Positions 1 through 9,437 of a stretch of DNA of 32,000 nucleotides are shown piece by piece. The position numbers and the translations under genes were made by a program. How positions within the stretch are numbered: position 1 is the first letter of the stretch; the number at the start of each line of letters is the position of its first letter. This stretch comes from Candidatus Saccharimonas sp. GTDB taxonomy: Bacteria; Patescibacteriota; Saccharimonadia; Saccharimonadales; Saccharimonadaceae. The stretch spans positions 120,001 to 152,000 of the forward strand of contig CP076101.2 of assembly GCA_015256915.3 (NCBI GenBank). Direction: 5' to 3'. The notes below the pieces were generated by a model. It was not told the DNA's origin and searched no databases. It saw nothing but the letters and a program-made list of their open reading frames with translations.

Positions 1-262
1 AAAATCCATATTGACTTACAAGGTTATTTTGAACGAACTCCCAAGCTTCAGACTCCATCTTAAGTAGTTCAATATCAAGCCAAAAATCTTCGTGGCCAAG
101 CAGTGCGTGAGCTAATTCATGCAAAATTAACAGATGAAAATTTGAAGATTCTGGTTCGAAAAAAATTGTATTTTCTTTCTTTGACCAATAGAAATCATCA
201 CTTTCTTCGAAATTGAATTGAGGAAAGTCTTTGCGCAATTTTTCGACAAATTCTAAATTCAT
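1..262 (-). CDS. HExxH metallopeptidase-like protein (ImmA/IrrE-like), partial; C-terminus lies off the window
   Basis: My own minus-strand translation from ATG 262-260 gives MNLEFVEKLRKDF...LILHELAHALLGHEDFWLD..., which contains HELAH. The ATG overlaps the ROK gene stop by 1 nt (TAATG). It is not in the ORF track because it runs off the edge. Confidence 0.6.
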   Translation of the reverse strand, partial: MNLEFVEKLRKDFPQFNFEESDDFYWSKKENTIFFEPESSNFHLLILHELAHALLGHEDFWLDIELLKMESEAWEFVQNNLVSQYGF

Positions 263-1086
263 TAAAAATTCAATGCCTCTTTTGCAAATTCAAAACAGCC
301 ATAAATAACTGCTTCGCGCGGTTTTTGAGCTTTAACGATTTTTGGGCAAGAAATCCCTTCGGGCAGATTTTCGCGAACAATTTGTTCTAGAAAAAGATCG
401 AATTTTTTAAAATTTTCACCAAGGCTACCACCAATAATAATTAACTCTGGCTGAATTATTGGAATTATCACTAAAAATCCGCGTGAAATTCTATCTGCAA
501 TATTTTGCCATTGTCGTGGTTTTGAAATCTCGCTCGCATATTTACCATAAACATTAAAAATTGCTCGTGCACTTGCAAATTCTTCCCACTCTCGCACTCG
601 GCCATCAAATTCAATTGGAATTCTCCCAATTTCGCTATTTTTTAGGCCTTGGTTGATTTTTCCATCTGTTATTATGCCTGAACCAACTCCCGTTGAAAGT
701 GTAATATAAAGAATATTTTGAGCTTTATTTTTGAATTTTTTACTTTCAAAAAGCCCAGCAAGATTGGCGTCATTTTCAACTAAAATTTTAATATTTGGAA
801 ATATTTTTGAAAGTTCAGCTTTTACATTAAAATTCTGCCAACGTAAATTTTTTGCCCACAAAATTACACCGTTTTCAATAATTCCAGGTTCGGCACAAGA
901 AATTGCTTGGATTTCACCCGATTTCAGTTGTTCCGAAAATTCTTTTTTAATAACTTTTTCAATAATTTCAAGATATTTTTGCTGAGATTTTGGCGTTTGA
1001 AATTCGAAAGATTTTAAAAGTTTACCTTCTTTCGAAAATCCTGCTAATAAAGTTTTTGTTCCACCCGTATCAATTGCAATAATCAT
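262..1086 (-). CDS. ROK-family sugar kinase (glucokinase-like)
   Basis: N-terminal MIIAIDTGGTKT ATP-binding motif; ...ENDANLAG...; ROK-like length of 274 aa. Confidence 0.85.
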   Translation of the reverse strand: MIIAIDTGGTKTLLAGFSKEGKLLKSFEFQTPKSQQKYLEIIEKVIKKEFSEQLKSGEIQAISCAEPGIIENGVILWAKNLRWQNFNVKAELSKIFPNIKILVENDANLAGLFESKKFKNKAQNILYITLSTGVGSGIITDGKINQGLKNSEIGRIPIEFDGRVREWEEFASARAIFNVYGKYASEISKPRQWQNIADRISRGFLVIIPIIQPELIIIGGSLGENFKKFDLFLEQIVRENLPEGISCPKIVKAQKPREAVIYGCFEFAKEALNF

Positions 1087-1092
1087 AACTCT

Positions 1093-1121
1093 ATTTTACG
1101 ATGAAAAAAATAAAAATTCAA
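1093..1121 (-). promoter_or_regulatory. Sigma70-type promoter for the ROK kinase gene; -10 ends 6 nt before the ATG (leaderless)
   Basis: Minus strand reads TTGAAT-17 nt-TAAAAT-AGAGTT-ATG(1086). No SD in the gap. Confidence 0.55.
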
Positions 1122-1134
1122 CCTTTTAAAACGC

Positions 1135-1163
1135 TTGATTTTTTTAGCTCAAAATGTTAAAAT
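1135..1163 (+). promoter_or_regulatory. Sigma70-type promoter for rpsA
   Basis: TTGATT-17 nt-(TGT)TAAAAT. A roughly 70-nt leader follows, with the SD AAGGAAGGAG at 1218-1227. Confidence 0.55.
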
Positions 1164-1238
1164 GGTAACAATCTATTGGGCAGGTTAATTTTAGCTATGT
1201 TCAAAGAAATACAATTAAGGAAGGAGTCTTAAAGACTA

Positions 1239-2306
1239 ATGGCAACAGCCAAAAAAATAACAATGGACGAATTGTTGGCGTCTGCTCCAGAGAGCGTAAA
1301 CCAACTAAATCAAGGCGAAACTGTTGAGGGAACAATTCTTTCAGTTCGCAAACACGAGATTTTAATTGACCTAGGAGCGAAAGGTGTTGGATTTGTCCCT
1401 CGCCGAGAAGCTGGTCATTCAAAGAACCTTGTTGAAGGTGAAACAGTAACAGCAAGCGTTGTTGACACTGAAATGGACAACGGAATGTCGTTGCTTTCTC
1501 TTCGAAAAGCTGCAAAAGATCGCGGTTGGGAAGAAGTTATCGAAAAGATGGAAAAAGGCGAAATTATCGAAATTATTCCATTTGATGCTAACCGAGGTGG
1601 TTTGCTAGTTGAATATGAAGGAATTCGCGGATTCTTGCCTGTTTCTCAACTTTCAGCAGAACACTACCCACGCGTTGGTGCAAGTGATAAAGATGAGATT
1701 TTGAGCCGATTGAATGCGCTTATTGATAAGCCAATTAGTGTTCGAATTCTTGATGCGGATCGTAAAACTAATAAACTTATCTTCAGCGAAAAAGAAGCTA
1801 TCAAAGATGGTTTAAACGAACGATTTGACAGCTTGAAGATTGGAGATGAAGTTGAAGGTGTTGCGACTGGCGTTGTAGATTTTGGCGTTTTTGTAAATAT
1901 TGAAGGAATTGAAGGTTTGGTCCACATTTCTGAAATTTCTTGGGAACGCGTAAATAATCCAAAAGATTATGTAAAAATCGGTGACACAATTAAGGCAAAA
2001 ATTATCGCAATTGATAAAGATCGCCTAAGCCTTTCAATGAAACAACTAACTGAAGACCCTTGGCTTTCAGAAGTTGAGCAATTTAAAAAAGGTTCAAGTG
2101 TTGAAGGAACTGTAACGCGAATTACGCCATTTGGTGCTTTCGTAAAAATCAGCCCAGCAATTGAAGCTCTTGTTCATGTTTCAGAACTTGGTAAAGGAAA
2201 CGATATTAACCCAGAAAATATCTTTACTCTAAATGAGCGTAAAGAATTTGTAGTTATTGATATCGATAAAGAGAATCGAAAAATTTCTCTTAGCCTTGCA
2301 AAATAA
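1239..2306 (+). CDS. rpsA: 30S ribosomal protein S1 (four S1 domains)
   Basis: Repeated S1-domain signatures: G..VEG.V, GFLPVSQLS, GLVHISEIS, ALVHVSELG. Strong SD upstream. Confidence 0.93.
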   Translation: MATAKKITMDELLASAPESVNQLNQGETVEGTILSVRKHEILIDLGAKGVGFVPRREAGHSKNLVEGETVTASVVDTEMDNGMSLLSLRKAAKDRGWEEVIEKMEKGEIIEIIPFDANRGGLLVEYEGIRGFLPVSQLSAEHYPRVGASDKDEILSRLNALIDKPISVRILDADRKTNKLIFSEKEAIKDGLNERFDSLKIGDEVEGVATGVVDFGVFVNIEGIEGLVHISEISWERVNNPKDYVKIGDTIKAKIIAIDKDRLSLSMKQLTEDPWLSEVEQFKKGSSVEGTVTRITPFGAFVKISPAIEALVHVSELGKGNDINPENIFTLNERKEFVVIDIDKENRKISLSLAK

Positions 2307-2323
2307 TTCAAAATTATTCTTGC

Positions 2324-2370
2324 GCTGAATAGTCGGAAATCGGTTTTAAAATCGGTTTCCGAACTTCAGC
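2324..2370 (+). other. Long imperfect hairpin (about 20 bp) between rpsA and infB with no U-tract
   Basis: GCTGAA/TTCAGC outer stem, TCGGAAA/TTTCCGA middle stem, CGGTT/AATCG inner stem. AAGAAAAATAAAAAACC follows, so it is not a canonical intrinsic terminator. Confidence 0.4.
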
Positions 2371-2401
2371 TTAAGAAAAATAAAAAACCAGAGGAGGTTG
2401 T

Positions 2402-4189
2402 ATGAGTCAGAAGAAAATCGTAAATATCACAGATTCAATTACTGTTGATGAGCTAGCTGGAGCTTTAAATCTCCCTGTTACAACTTTGATTGGTGAGCTT
2501 TTTAAGAATGGAATTGTTGCAACTATTAATCAACGAATTGATTTCGAAACTGCTGTGATTGTGGTTGAAGAACTTGGCTTAAAAGATGTTGAACTTAAGA
2601 AAAAAGCAAAAGCTGATGTTGTGACTTCTCGATTGCAAAAAATGCATGAAGTTTCTGAAAATGCAAAACCTCGGCCACCAATTGTGGCGGTAATGGGGCA
2701 TGTTGACCATGGAAAAACTACACTTCTTGATACGATTCTCGGTACAAAAACTGTTTCTGGCGAGGCTGGCGGAATTACTCAGCATATTTCAGCATATCAA
2801 ACTGAAAGAAAAGGCCGAAAAATTACACTTCTTGATACGCCAGGGCATGAGGCTTTTGCGGCACTTCGCCAACACGGAGCCACTTTGACTGACGTTGTGA
2901 TTATTGTCGTTGCGGCAGATGATGGTGTTAAGCCTCAAACCGTTGAAGCAATTAGATTTGCTCAAAATGCCAACGCAAAAATTGTTGTTGCAATCAATAA
3001 GATGGATAAAGACACTGCAAATAAAGATCGCGTAATGGCAGAGCTTTCTGAGCGTGGTTTAATGCCAGAGGAGTGGGGTGGTGATGTTACTATGGTACCA
3101 ATCTCGGCGAAAAATGGTGACGGGATCGATGATCTTCTTGATATGGTTATTTTAACTGCTGATCTAGAGGAGTTGCGCGCCGATGTTGATATTCCTGCTG
3201 AAGGCTTGGTGATTGAATCACATATGGAGGTTGGGAAAGGTTCAGTTGTTTCTCTTCTTGTTGAACATGGAGAATTAAAACAAGGTGGATTTTTAGTTGC
3301 TGGAACAACTTACGCAAAAGTTCGAACCCTTCAAGATTATAAGGGGGGAGCTCTTAAGTCTGCGGGCCCTTCAACTCCCGTAACTGTAACTGGCTTCAAA
3401 GAGCTACCACAATTTGGCGATGTTTTTAAGGTGGTAAAGAATGAGAAAGAGGCTCGAAATCTTGCTCAAAAAGCTAAAATTGAGGCTGCTCAAAATGCTG
3501 CAACCGCCAACGTTACTGGTGCAGATTTATTAAAAATGATGAATCAGAAACACGATGCAGAAGATTTCAATATCGTAATTAAAGCTGATGTTCAAGGTTC
3601 GCTTACGTCTGTCTCAGATAGTTTGCGTTTGATTGAAACTGGTGGTGAAGTTAATCTAAATGTTGTAAGTAGTGGAATCGGAAATATTACTGAGAATGAC
3701 ATTCATCTAGCTGCTGCTGGCGAAAAAACAATTATTTATGGATTTAATGTTGAGCTTCCTCCCGCAATCAAGAAAATTGCTACTCGTGACCGTGTCGAAG
3801 TTCGAATTTATAAAGTTATCTATGAGCTTCTTGACGACGCTCGTGCTGAAATGGAAAAACTTCTTGCGCCAGAAGTTGTTGAAACTGAGATTGGATCGCT
3901 GGAGGTTAAAGGTGTTTTCCGTACAATGAAAGAAGAAATTATTGCTGGTGGTGAAGTTAAATCAGGCCGTGTTTACGCTGGATTACTTGCTCGTGTAATT
4001 CGAAAGAAAGAGCAAATTGCTGAAGTAGAAGTTTCACACGTTCAACGCCAGCAGCAAGAAGCGAAAGATGTTATTGAGGGTGAAATGTGTGGTCTTTCGT
4101 TGAAAACTAAAAAGAAAATCCAGCTTGAAGTTGGTGACAAGCTTGAATTCTTTACTCGTGAAGTTGTTGCTCGTAAACTTAAAGACTAA
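2402..4189 (+). CDS. infB: Translation initiation factor IF-2 (short N-terminus)
   Basis: G-domain motifs [20 protein letters not shown] and NKMD. SD GAGGAGG lies 5 nt upstream. Confidence 0.95.
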   Translation: MSQKKIVNITDSITVDELAGALNLPVTTLIGELFKNGIVATINQRIDFETAVIVVEELGLKDVELKKKAKADVVTSRLQKMHEVSENAKPRPPIVAVMGHVDHGKTTLLDTILGTKTVSGEAGGITQHISAYQTERKGRKITLLDTPGHEAFAALRQHGATLTDVVIIVVAADDGVKPQTVEAIRFAQNANAKIVVAINKMDKDTANKDRVMAELSERGLMPEEWGGDVTMVPISAKNGDGIDDLLDMVILTADLEELRADVDIPAEGLVIESHMEVGKGSVVSLLVEHGELKQGGFLVAGTTYAKVRTLQDYKGGALKSAGPSTPVTVTGFKELPQFGDVFKVVKNEKEARNLAQKAKIEAAQNAATANVTGADLLKMMNQKHDAEDFNIVIKADVQGSLTSVSDSLRLIETGGEVNLNVVSSGIGNITENDIHLAAAGEKTIIYGFNVELPPAIKKIATRDRVEVRIYKVIYELLDDARAEMEKLLAPEVVETEIGSLEVKGVFRTMKEEIIAGGEVKSGRVYAGLLARVIRKKEQIAEVEVSHVQRQQQEAKDVIEGEMCGLSLKTKKKIQLEVGDKLEFFTREVVARKLKD

Positions 4190-4206
4190 ATAATATAATA
4201 AATAAT

Positions 4207-4235
4207 TTGAAAAAACATTTTGCTTGTGCTAAAAT
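4207..4235 (+). promoter_or_regulatory. Sigma70-type promoter for the 137-aa ORF
   Basis: TTGAAA-17 nt-(TGC)TAAAAT. Confidence 0.5.
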
Positions 4236-4261
4236 AGAAATAACTAAACAAGGAAAAGAGA

Positions 4262-4675
4262 ATGTTTCAATTAGACGACAAATTTTTTGAAGGAATTGGC
4301 ATTGAACGAATGTCTCCACAAGAAGCAGCAGTTTTTAAACAACACGTTCAGGAAGAACTTGAAACTCGCGTTGGCGAGCGCATAACAGATGGATTTTCGA
4401 ATGAGAAGCTTGAAGAGTTTGAAAGAATTATCGACGACGCTCCAGGATTTGTAGATAATTGGCTAATGATTAATGTGCCAGATTTTCGAAACGATCGTGC
4501 ATTTATAGCACTCACTCAACAAAATGGTGGGCAAGAAAATCGCCAAACGATTTCGGAATTTGCTTCAATGAAATGGCTTGAAATCAATCGTCCAGATTTT
4601 AATCAAATTACAACAATCGTAATGAGGGAAATGCAAGACGAACTTAAAGCTAATATTGATAAAATTTTTAGCTAG
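4262..4675 (+). CDS. Hypothetical acidic protein (137 aa)
   Basis: Clean ORF with SD AAGGAAAAGAG, its own promoter and a terminator. I recognise no motif. Confidence 0.7.
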   Translation: MFQLDDKFFEGIGIERMSPQEAAVFKQHVQEELETRVGERITDGFSNEKLEEFERIIDDAPGFVDNWLMINVPDFRNDRAFIALTQQNGGQENRQTISEFASMKWLEINRPDFNQITTIVMREMQDELKANIDKIFS

Positions 4676-4681
4676 AATTTG

Positions 4682-4711
4682 AAAAACCGTGTAACTAAAC
4701 ACGGTTTTTTC
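4682..4711. terminator. Bidirectional rho-independent terminator between the 137-aa ORF and fmt
   Basis: AAAACCGTGT / ACACGGTTTT stem, 6-nt loop, with an A-run on one side and a T-run on the other. Confidence 0.75.
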
Positions 4712-4720
4712 TTTGTAAAA

Positions 4721-5605
4721 TTATTTCAAATAGCCGTTTATAAAGCTCTGCGTAGTTGTTTCTTTGCCGTTTGGCGTAAGAAGCGTTTTTATTTCTAGAA
4801 AATTGCCATCTGCAAATTTGAGCGTTAAAGGTGAATTTTTTAGGTTAGAGTTTACCACTTTCGCAGTTTTAACAACTACTAAATAGTCATCAATTTGAAT
4901 CTTACTTTTTGGAAAGATTTCAAAAGCTCGAATTTGTTGTTCTGCTTGTTTTGCTGTTTGATTTTCTTGATTTAGAATTGAATCACTTTTTTTAAGGAGT
5001 TGGCAATATTCGGCTTGTGAATTATCTTGTTTTTCACCTTTTAACTCACCAGAAAGAATCTTTGGCAAATCTCGCACCAACATTTCAGCACCAATCTTAC
5101 CGCAAATTTCATAAAGCTCACTGGCAGTTTCTGTTTTTGAAAGTTTAATTTCTTCTTGTGAATAAACATCGCCAGCGTCCATTTCTTTTGAGAGTTTCAT
5201 TAGCGAAACGCCAGTTTTTGTATCGCCATTTAAAATTGCGCTCTCAATTGGGCTTGGCCCGCGGTATTTTGGTAAAAGTGAAGGGTGAACGTTTACTATT
5301 GCGGGTGTGAACAAATCAATGATTTCTTGCGGAATAATTCGCCCAAACGAAACTAAAATACCTACTGGATTTTCGAAATTCTGCACAAATTCGATAATTT
5401 CATTCATTTTTTGTGGTTGAAGAACGGGGATTTTAAAATTTTCGCCAATTTTCTTAACTTTTGGCGATTGAAGTTTTTGGCCACGACCTTTTTTGGAATC
5501 TGGTTTAGTGATAATTCCAGCAATTTCAAAATTTTCGTCAATAAGTTTTTGGAGCGAAACGGCCGAAAAATCTTCCGTACCAAAGAAAATTATAGGATTT
5601 TTCAT
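4721..5605 (-). CDS. fmt: Methionyl-tRNA formyltransferase
   Basis: Motifs IIFFGT, NVHPSLLPKYRG and GVSLMK. It lies directly downstream of def. Confidence 0.92.
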   Translation of the reverse strand: MKNPIIFFGTEDFSAVSLQKLIDENFEIAGIITKPDSKKGRGQKLQSPKVKKIGENFKIPVLQPQKMNEIIEFVQNFENPVGILVSFGRIIPQEIIDLFTPAIVNVHPSLLPKYRGPSPIESAILNGDTKTGVSLMKLSKEMDAGDVYSQEEIKLSKTETASELYEICGKIGAEMLVRDLPKILSGELKGEKQDNSQAEYCQLLKKSDSILNQENQTAKQAEQQIRAFEIFPKSKIQIDDYLVVVKTAKVVNSNLKNSPLTLKFADGNFLEIKTLLTPNGKETTTQSFINGYLK

Positions 5606-6187
5606 CTATAAATCTTCCCAAAGGTCTGAGTTGTTTTCAATATCTTTTTCGTAGTCTAATGGCTGTAATTCGCCATCTTTGTCTAAGCGATAAAATGCAT
5701 CTTTTTTGTCGCGAATATGGTCGATGAAGAGAACGCCGTTTGTGTGGTCAATTTCATGCTGAAGAACGCGGGCAAGAAAATCTTCAGCCTTAATTCGAAC
5801 TTCATTTCCATGAATATCAAGCGCTTTAACACGAATTTTTGAAGCTCGCGGAACTTTGCCGTAAATTCCTTTGATTGAAAGGCAACCTTCAAAATCTTCG
5901 ACGGTTTTTCCTTCAAATTTTGTAATTTCTGGGTTGATTAAAGCGGTAAATTCCTTGTTATTTTTGTCATCTAGATCACTTCGAACGATAATGATTTTAT
6001 AAAGTTTGTTGATCTGTGGTGCAGCAATTGCAGCTGAAATTTCGTGCGGGTGGGCATTTTCCCAATCAAGGCTGGCATTAATCATATCTTGCACAATTTG
6101 GCGAACTTCATCTGTGATAACATGCACACGTTCGCATTTTTTGCGCAGATTTTGGTTGGGTAAGGTTATTATATCTTCTTTTTTCAT
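5606..6187 (-). CDS. def: Peptide deformylase
   Basis: Motifs EGCLS and QHEIDH. Forms a def-fmt operon. Confidence 0.93.
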   Translation of the reverse strand: MKKEDIITLPNQNLRKKCERVHVITDEVRQIVQDMINASLDWENAHPHEISAAIAAPQINKLYKIIIVRSDLDDKNNKEFTALINPEITKFEGKTVEDFEGCLSIKGIYGKVPRASKIRVKALDIHGNEVRIKAEDFLARVLQHEIDHTNGVLFIDHIRDKKDAFYRLDKDGELQPLDYEKDIENNSDLWEDL

Positions 6188-6195
6188 TAAGCTCT

Positions 6196-6204
6196 ATTAT
6201 AACA
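6196..6204 (-). promoter_or_regulatory. Extended -10 promoter element for def-fmt
   Basis: Minus strand reads TGT-TATAAT, then 8 nt, then ATG(6187). No SD is present. Confidence 0.45.
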
Positions 6205-6337
6205 TTTTCGGGGTAAAAAAGCTACAAAATCATTGATTTTTAGGTTTGATTATGATAGGATTAAAACCAGATATTTAAAATGGCAAATATTTCTAACAAG
6301 CTAAGAATACTCCGCACTTTATATAGAGGAGGTTATT

Positions 6338-6541
6338 ATGCCTTGGGGAAATAATGATAATGCTAACACTCCTGATAATTTTGGGAACGGTGAAAGCTAT
6401 AGTGGTGCTACACACGGAACAGACTCTAATGGTAAACCTGTAACTTTTGCATTTGATGGCAATGGTGGAACTTATGTTTCATCTGGCCACATTGAATCTC
6501 CAAATGATTTTTTTTGGGGGGGTATCGTGCTGATGGTGTAA
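6338..6541 (+). CDS. Small Gly/Asp/Asn-rich hypothetical protein (67 aa as written); the coding signal continues in the -1 frame to 6681
   Basis: Strong SD AGAGGAGG. The 0-frame stop comes 8 codons after a T8G7 tract. The -1 frame continues with the same composition (GYRADGVKGHDHFQADGSSDFGNNHDGDRGRY...). Confidence 0.6.
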   Translation: MPWGNNDNANTPDNFGNGESYSGATHGTDSNGKPVTFAFDGNGGTYVSSGHIESPNDFFWGGIVLMV

Positions 6542-6632
6542 AAGGACATGACCATTTTCAGGCTGATGGTTCTTCGGATTTTGGCAATAATCATGATGGA
6601 GACCGTGGACGCTATACGTTAGTAGTTTTTTT

Positions 6633-6656
6633 GGCGAGTGTATATCTCGCCTTTTT
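6633..6656 (+). terminator. Possible rho-independent terminator
   Basis: GGCGAG-7 nt loop-CTCGCC-TTTTT. It conflicts with the extended -1 frame reading through it. Confidence 0.4.
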
Positions 6657-6677
6657 AATTTATATAAAGGATATAGT

Positions 6678-7025
6678 ATGAAAGAGAATATTAATAATTT
6701 ATTAAAATTAGTAAAACCAAAAAATGACAGGGAATTATTTATCACGCTAACCTATCTTGCGTTGATATTCTTCGAAACGGATAATTATGAAGGTATAGAA
6801 TATCTTGCGAAATATTATTACGGACAAATGATTTCTGAAGGGCGAGGATTTTCTAGCTCTGATAATAAATTTTCGCCAAGCGTGGTGGAATTTGGCGAGC
6901 TAACTGGATTTATGCTTGAAGATATTGAAAAGATGAAATCTGGCAAAATAACGAAAGATGAAGCAAGAAAAGATAATTTACACTATCTAAATAATTATGT
7001 TTTTAACATTTCGAAAAAAAGATAA
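6678..7025 (+). CDS. Hypothetical protein (115 aa)
   Basis: ORF with SD AAGGA. Its ATG overlaps the TGA of the -1-frame extension of the upstream gene (ATGA). Confidence 0.6.
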   Translation: MKENINNLLKLVKPKNDRELFITLTYLALIFFETDNYEGIEYLAKYYYGQMISEGRGFSSSDNKFSPSVVEFGELTGFMLEDIEKMKSGKITKDEARKDNLHYLNNYVFNISKKR

Positions 7026-8993
7026 TTAAATCAATCCTGGCGGGTCTAAATCAACTCGCCACTGTGGCTTGCCTTGAAATTCGCGTGCAATTGTGAGAAG
7101 CGGTGCGCGTTTTTTACTTTTTATAACAATTTGCCAGCGATAAGTTTCGCCGATTCGTTCATAAAAAGCTGGCGTTGGGCCAAAAATTTGAATATCTTTC
7201 GAAAACTTTTTACGAATTTCACGTGCTTCTTTTTGTGAATTTCGTACGGCTGAAATTTCAGTTTTATAAACGCAAGTTAATTTTAGTAGATAAACAAATG
7301 GCGGATAATTCTGTTTTTGGCGATTTTTAATTTCTAAATCATAAAAGCTGGCGTAATCTTGTTTTAAACCAAATTGAATCGACGGAGCTTCAGGTTGATA
7401 AGTTTGAATAATCACATTTGATTCATTCGAATGTCGCCCAACTCGCCCAACAACTTGTGAAATAAGCTGGAAATTTCGCTCGCTTGAAGTGAAATCTGGC
7501 AAAGCTAAACCGGCGTCTGCCTGAACTACACAGACAGTTTTTAAATTTGGCAAATCCAAACCCTTAGCAATAACTTGTGTACCGATAATAATATCGATTT
7601 CACTGTTTCGAATTTGATAATAAAGCTTCTCGACAGTTTCATTTTTATCGCTGTCAGCATCAAACCGTGCAATTTTTTTGTTTGGAAAAAGCTTGCGAAT
7701 CTCTTCTTCGATTGCTTTTGTGCCAATACCTTTATGAATGATTTCTGGTTCTCCACAATCTGGGCAAGAAGTTGGCGGCCTTTCTTTGTGCCCACAAATA
7801 TGGCAAACTAGTTGAAATTTATCTGTATGCAAAGTGAGCGGGATGAGGCAATTCGGGCAAAGTGCCGTCCATCCGCAGTTTTGACAAAGTGTTATACTCG
7901 CTGAACCACGGCGGTTGTGATAAATTAAAACTTGTTTATTTTCATTTAAAGTTTGTTCCATTTCGGCAAGCATTTTTTTTGAAAATAATCGGTGTGATTT
8001 TGAATCTTTTTTAGTTAAATCTATTAGTTCAATTTTTGGCGGTTTGGCTTCTTTTTTGGCAAGTTCAGTTAGTTTTATGATTTCATTTCCGCCGTTTTTT
8101 GCTGAAATTTCTGCCAGAAAATAATCTTCAACAAGCGGAGTTGCTGAGCCGAAAATCGCTTTAAAATTAAATTTCGAAGCTAAAAAACTGCTCGCTCGTA
8201 ATGCGGAATATTTTGGTGTTTGATCTTGTTTAAAACTTGGCTCATGGCATTCATCAATTACAATTAAACCTAAATTTCGAACTGGTGCAAAAAGTGCAGA
8301 GCGAGCCCCAATAATAATTTGCGGGTTTTCGTCGTGCAAAATTTTTAACCAAGTTTTGTGGCGTTCTGATTCAGTTTGGTGTGAATGAATGATCTTAATA
8401 TTTTCAAAATGCTTTTCAAAATTAGAAACTAATTGTGAAGTTAATGCGATTTCCGGAACTAAAATTATTACCGATTTTTGATTTTGTAAAGTTTTTTTTG
8501 CTTGGTCAATATAAATTGAAGTTTTTCCAGAACCTGTAATTCCATGCAAAAGGATTGTTCCTGAATTTATTTTGTCAAGTTTATTGATAGCTTTTTCTTG
8601 TTGAGCTGTGTATAAAAAATTTGAACAACTAGTTTGTTTTTTATCTGTTATTTTATTTTTTTCAGTTTTCGAAAAACGCCGATTTTTATTAACACCATTT
8701 GGTAAAATTCCACTCAAAACTTGTGAGAGCGGAGTGCCATAATATTCTTTCATCCATTTTGAAAGCCGAATTAAGTGCTTAGGGATTGCTATTTTTTCTA
8801 TAATTTTTGTAATTTCACGAGTCTCAAAATCCGGCTTTTGAACTTCACGCCAAACTATGCCAGTCATATTTTTTTTACCAACGGGAATTTCAACAATCTG
8901 GCCAATTTTAAGTTTCTCTTTTGAAGCATAAGTAAAAACTTCGCTATTTGAGCGAACAATTTTTGTTGGGGCAACTTCAAAATAGAATTCCAT
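7026..8993 (-). CDS. priA: Primosomal protein N' (PriA helicase)
   Basis: Walker A GITGSGKT, DECH box, and a Cys-rich zinc-binding insert (CQNCGW..CPNC..CHICGH..CPDCG). Confidence 0.93.
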   Translation of the reverse strand: MEFYFEVAPTKIVRSNSEVFTYASKEKLKIGQIVEIPVGKKNMTGIVWREVQKPDFETREITKIIEKIAIPKHLIRLSKWMKEYYGTPLSQVLSGILPNGVNKNRRFSKTEKNKITDKKQTSCSNFLYTAQQEKAINKLDKINSGTILLHGITGSGKTSIYIDQAKKTLQNQKSVIILVPEIALTSQLVSNFEKHFENIKIIHSHQTESERHKTWLKILHDENPQIIIGARSALFAPVRNLGLIVIDECHEPSFKQDQTPKYSALRASSFLASKFNFKAIFGSATPLVEDYFLAEISAKNGGNEIIKLTELAKKEAKPPKIELIDLTKKDSKSHRLFSKKMLAEMEQTLNENKQVLIYHNRRGSASITLCQNCGWTALCPNCLIPLTLHTDKFQLVCHICGHKERPPTSCPDCGEPEIIHKGIGTKAIEEEIRKLFPNKKIARFDADSDKNETVEKLYYQIRNSEIDIIIGTQVIAKGLDLPNLKTVCVVQADAGLALPDFTSSERNFQLISQVVGRVGRHSNESNVIIQTYQPEAPSIQFGLKQDYASFYDLEIKNRQKQNYPPFVYLLKLTCVYKTEISAVRNSQKEAREIRKKFSKDIQIFGPTPAFYERIGETYRWQIVIKSKKRAPLLTIAREFQGKPQWRVDLDPPGLI

Positions 8994-9052
8994 ATATTTT
9001 ATTTTACATCAAAAATAGCGAAAAATAAAATATTTTTATGCTAAAATAAGCC

Positions 9053-9081
9053 TTGCGAAAATATCGAAAATTTTGTAAAAT
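9053..9081 (+). promoter_or_regulatory. Sigma70-type promoter for the wHTH regulator gene
   Basis: TTGCGA-17 nt-TAAAAT. The TTG that the ORF track uses as a start codon at 9053 is the -35 box. Confidence 0.55.
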
Positions 9082-9103
9082 AGAAATAAGAAAAGGCGAG
9101 TAT

Positions 9104-9424
9104 ATGGTAGATTTAGATATTTTTATTACATCACGAGTAAAGCGAAAAATTGTTGTGTTTTTTGTGACGTATCCTGTAATTAAAATGCATTCTCGTGGTC
9201 TTGCGAAACTTTTAAAAGAAGACCCGGGGAATATTCAGCGTGAGCTCGCTAAGCTTGAAAAAGTTGGTTTTTTGTATAGAGAAAAGAAAAAGAACACATA
9301 TACTTATTTTGCAAATACGAATTTTTTATTTTTTTCTGAGCTTCAATCAATTGTAATAAAAGTTCGCGAGCAAAATAGTGTTTCGCGTTCTAGAAACTAT
9401 ATTGAAAAATCTGTAAAAAGGTAG
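9104..9424 (+). CDS. Winged-helix (ArsR/PadR-like) transcriptional regulator
   Basis: LAKLLKEDPGNIQRELAKLEKVGFL is a wHTH signature. I chose the ATG at 9104 because of the promoter upstream and the AAGG SD. Confidence 0.7.
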   Translation: MVDLDIFITSRVKRKIVVFFVTYPVIKMHSRGLAKLLKEDPGNIQRELAKLEKVGFLYREKKKNTYTYFANTNFLFFSELQSIVIKVREQNSVSRSRNYIEKSVKR

Positions 9425-9437
9425 GTTTTTTAAAAAA

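Noticed and set aside
731-985. Antisense or shadow ORFs from the six-frame track. Examples: 731..985, 1201..1515, 1664..1927, 2579..2785, 5411..5611, 6006..6236, 6479..6745, 7541..7811, 9807..10231, 16016..16354, 17374..17658, 21753..22084, 23599..24019, 25050..25421, 29089..29431 and 30972..31479.
   Set aside because: All lie inside or opposite well-supported conserved genes, lack SDs or promoters and have low-complexity or hydrophobic junk composition. They are typical shadow ORFs of AT-rich DNA.
9053-9103. TTG start at 9053, which would extend the wHTH regulator by 17 aa.
   Set aside because: That TTG is the -35 hexamer of a TTGCGA-17-TAAAAT promoter. ATG 9104 follows an AAGG SD.
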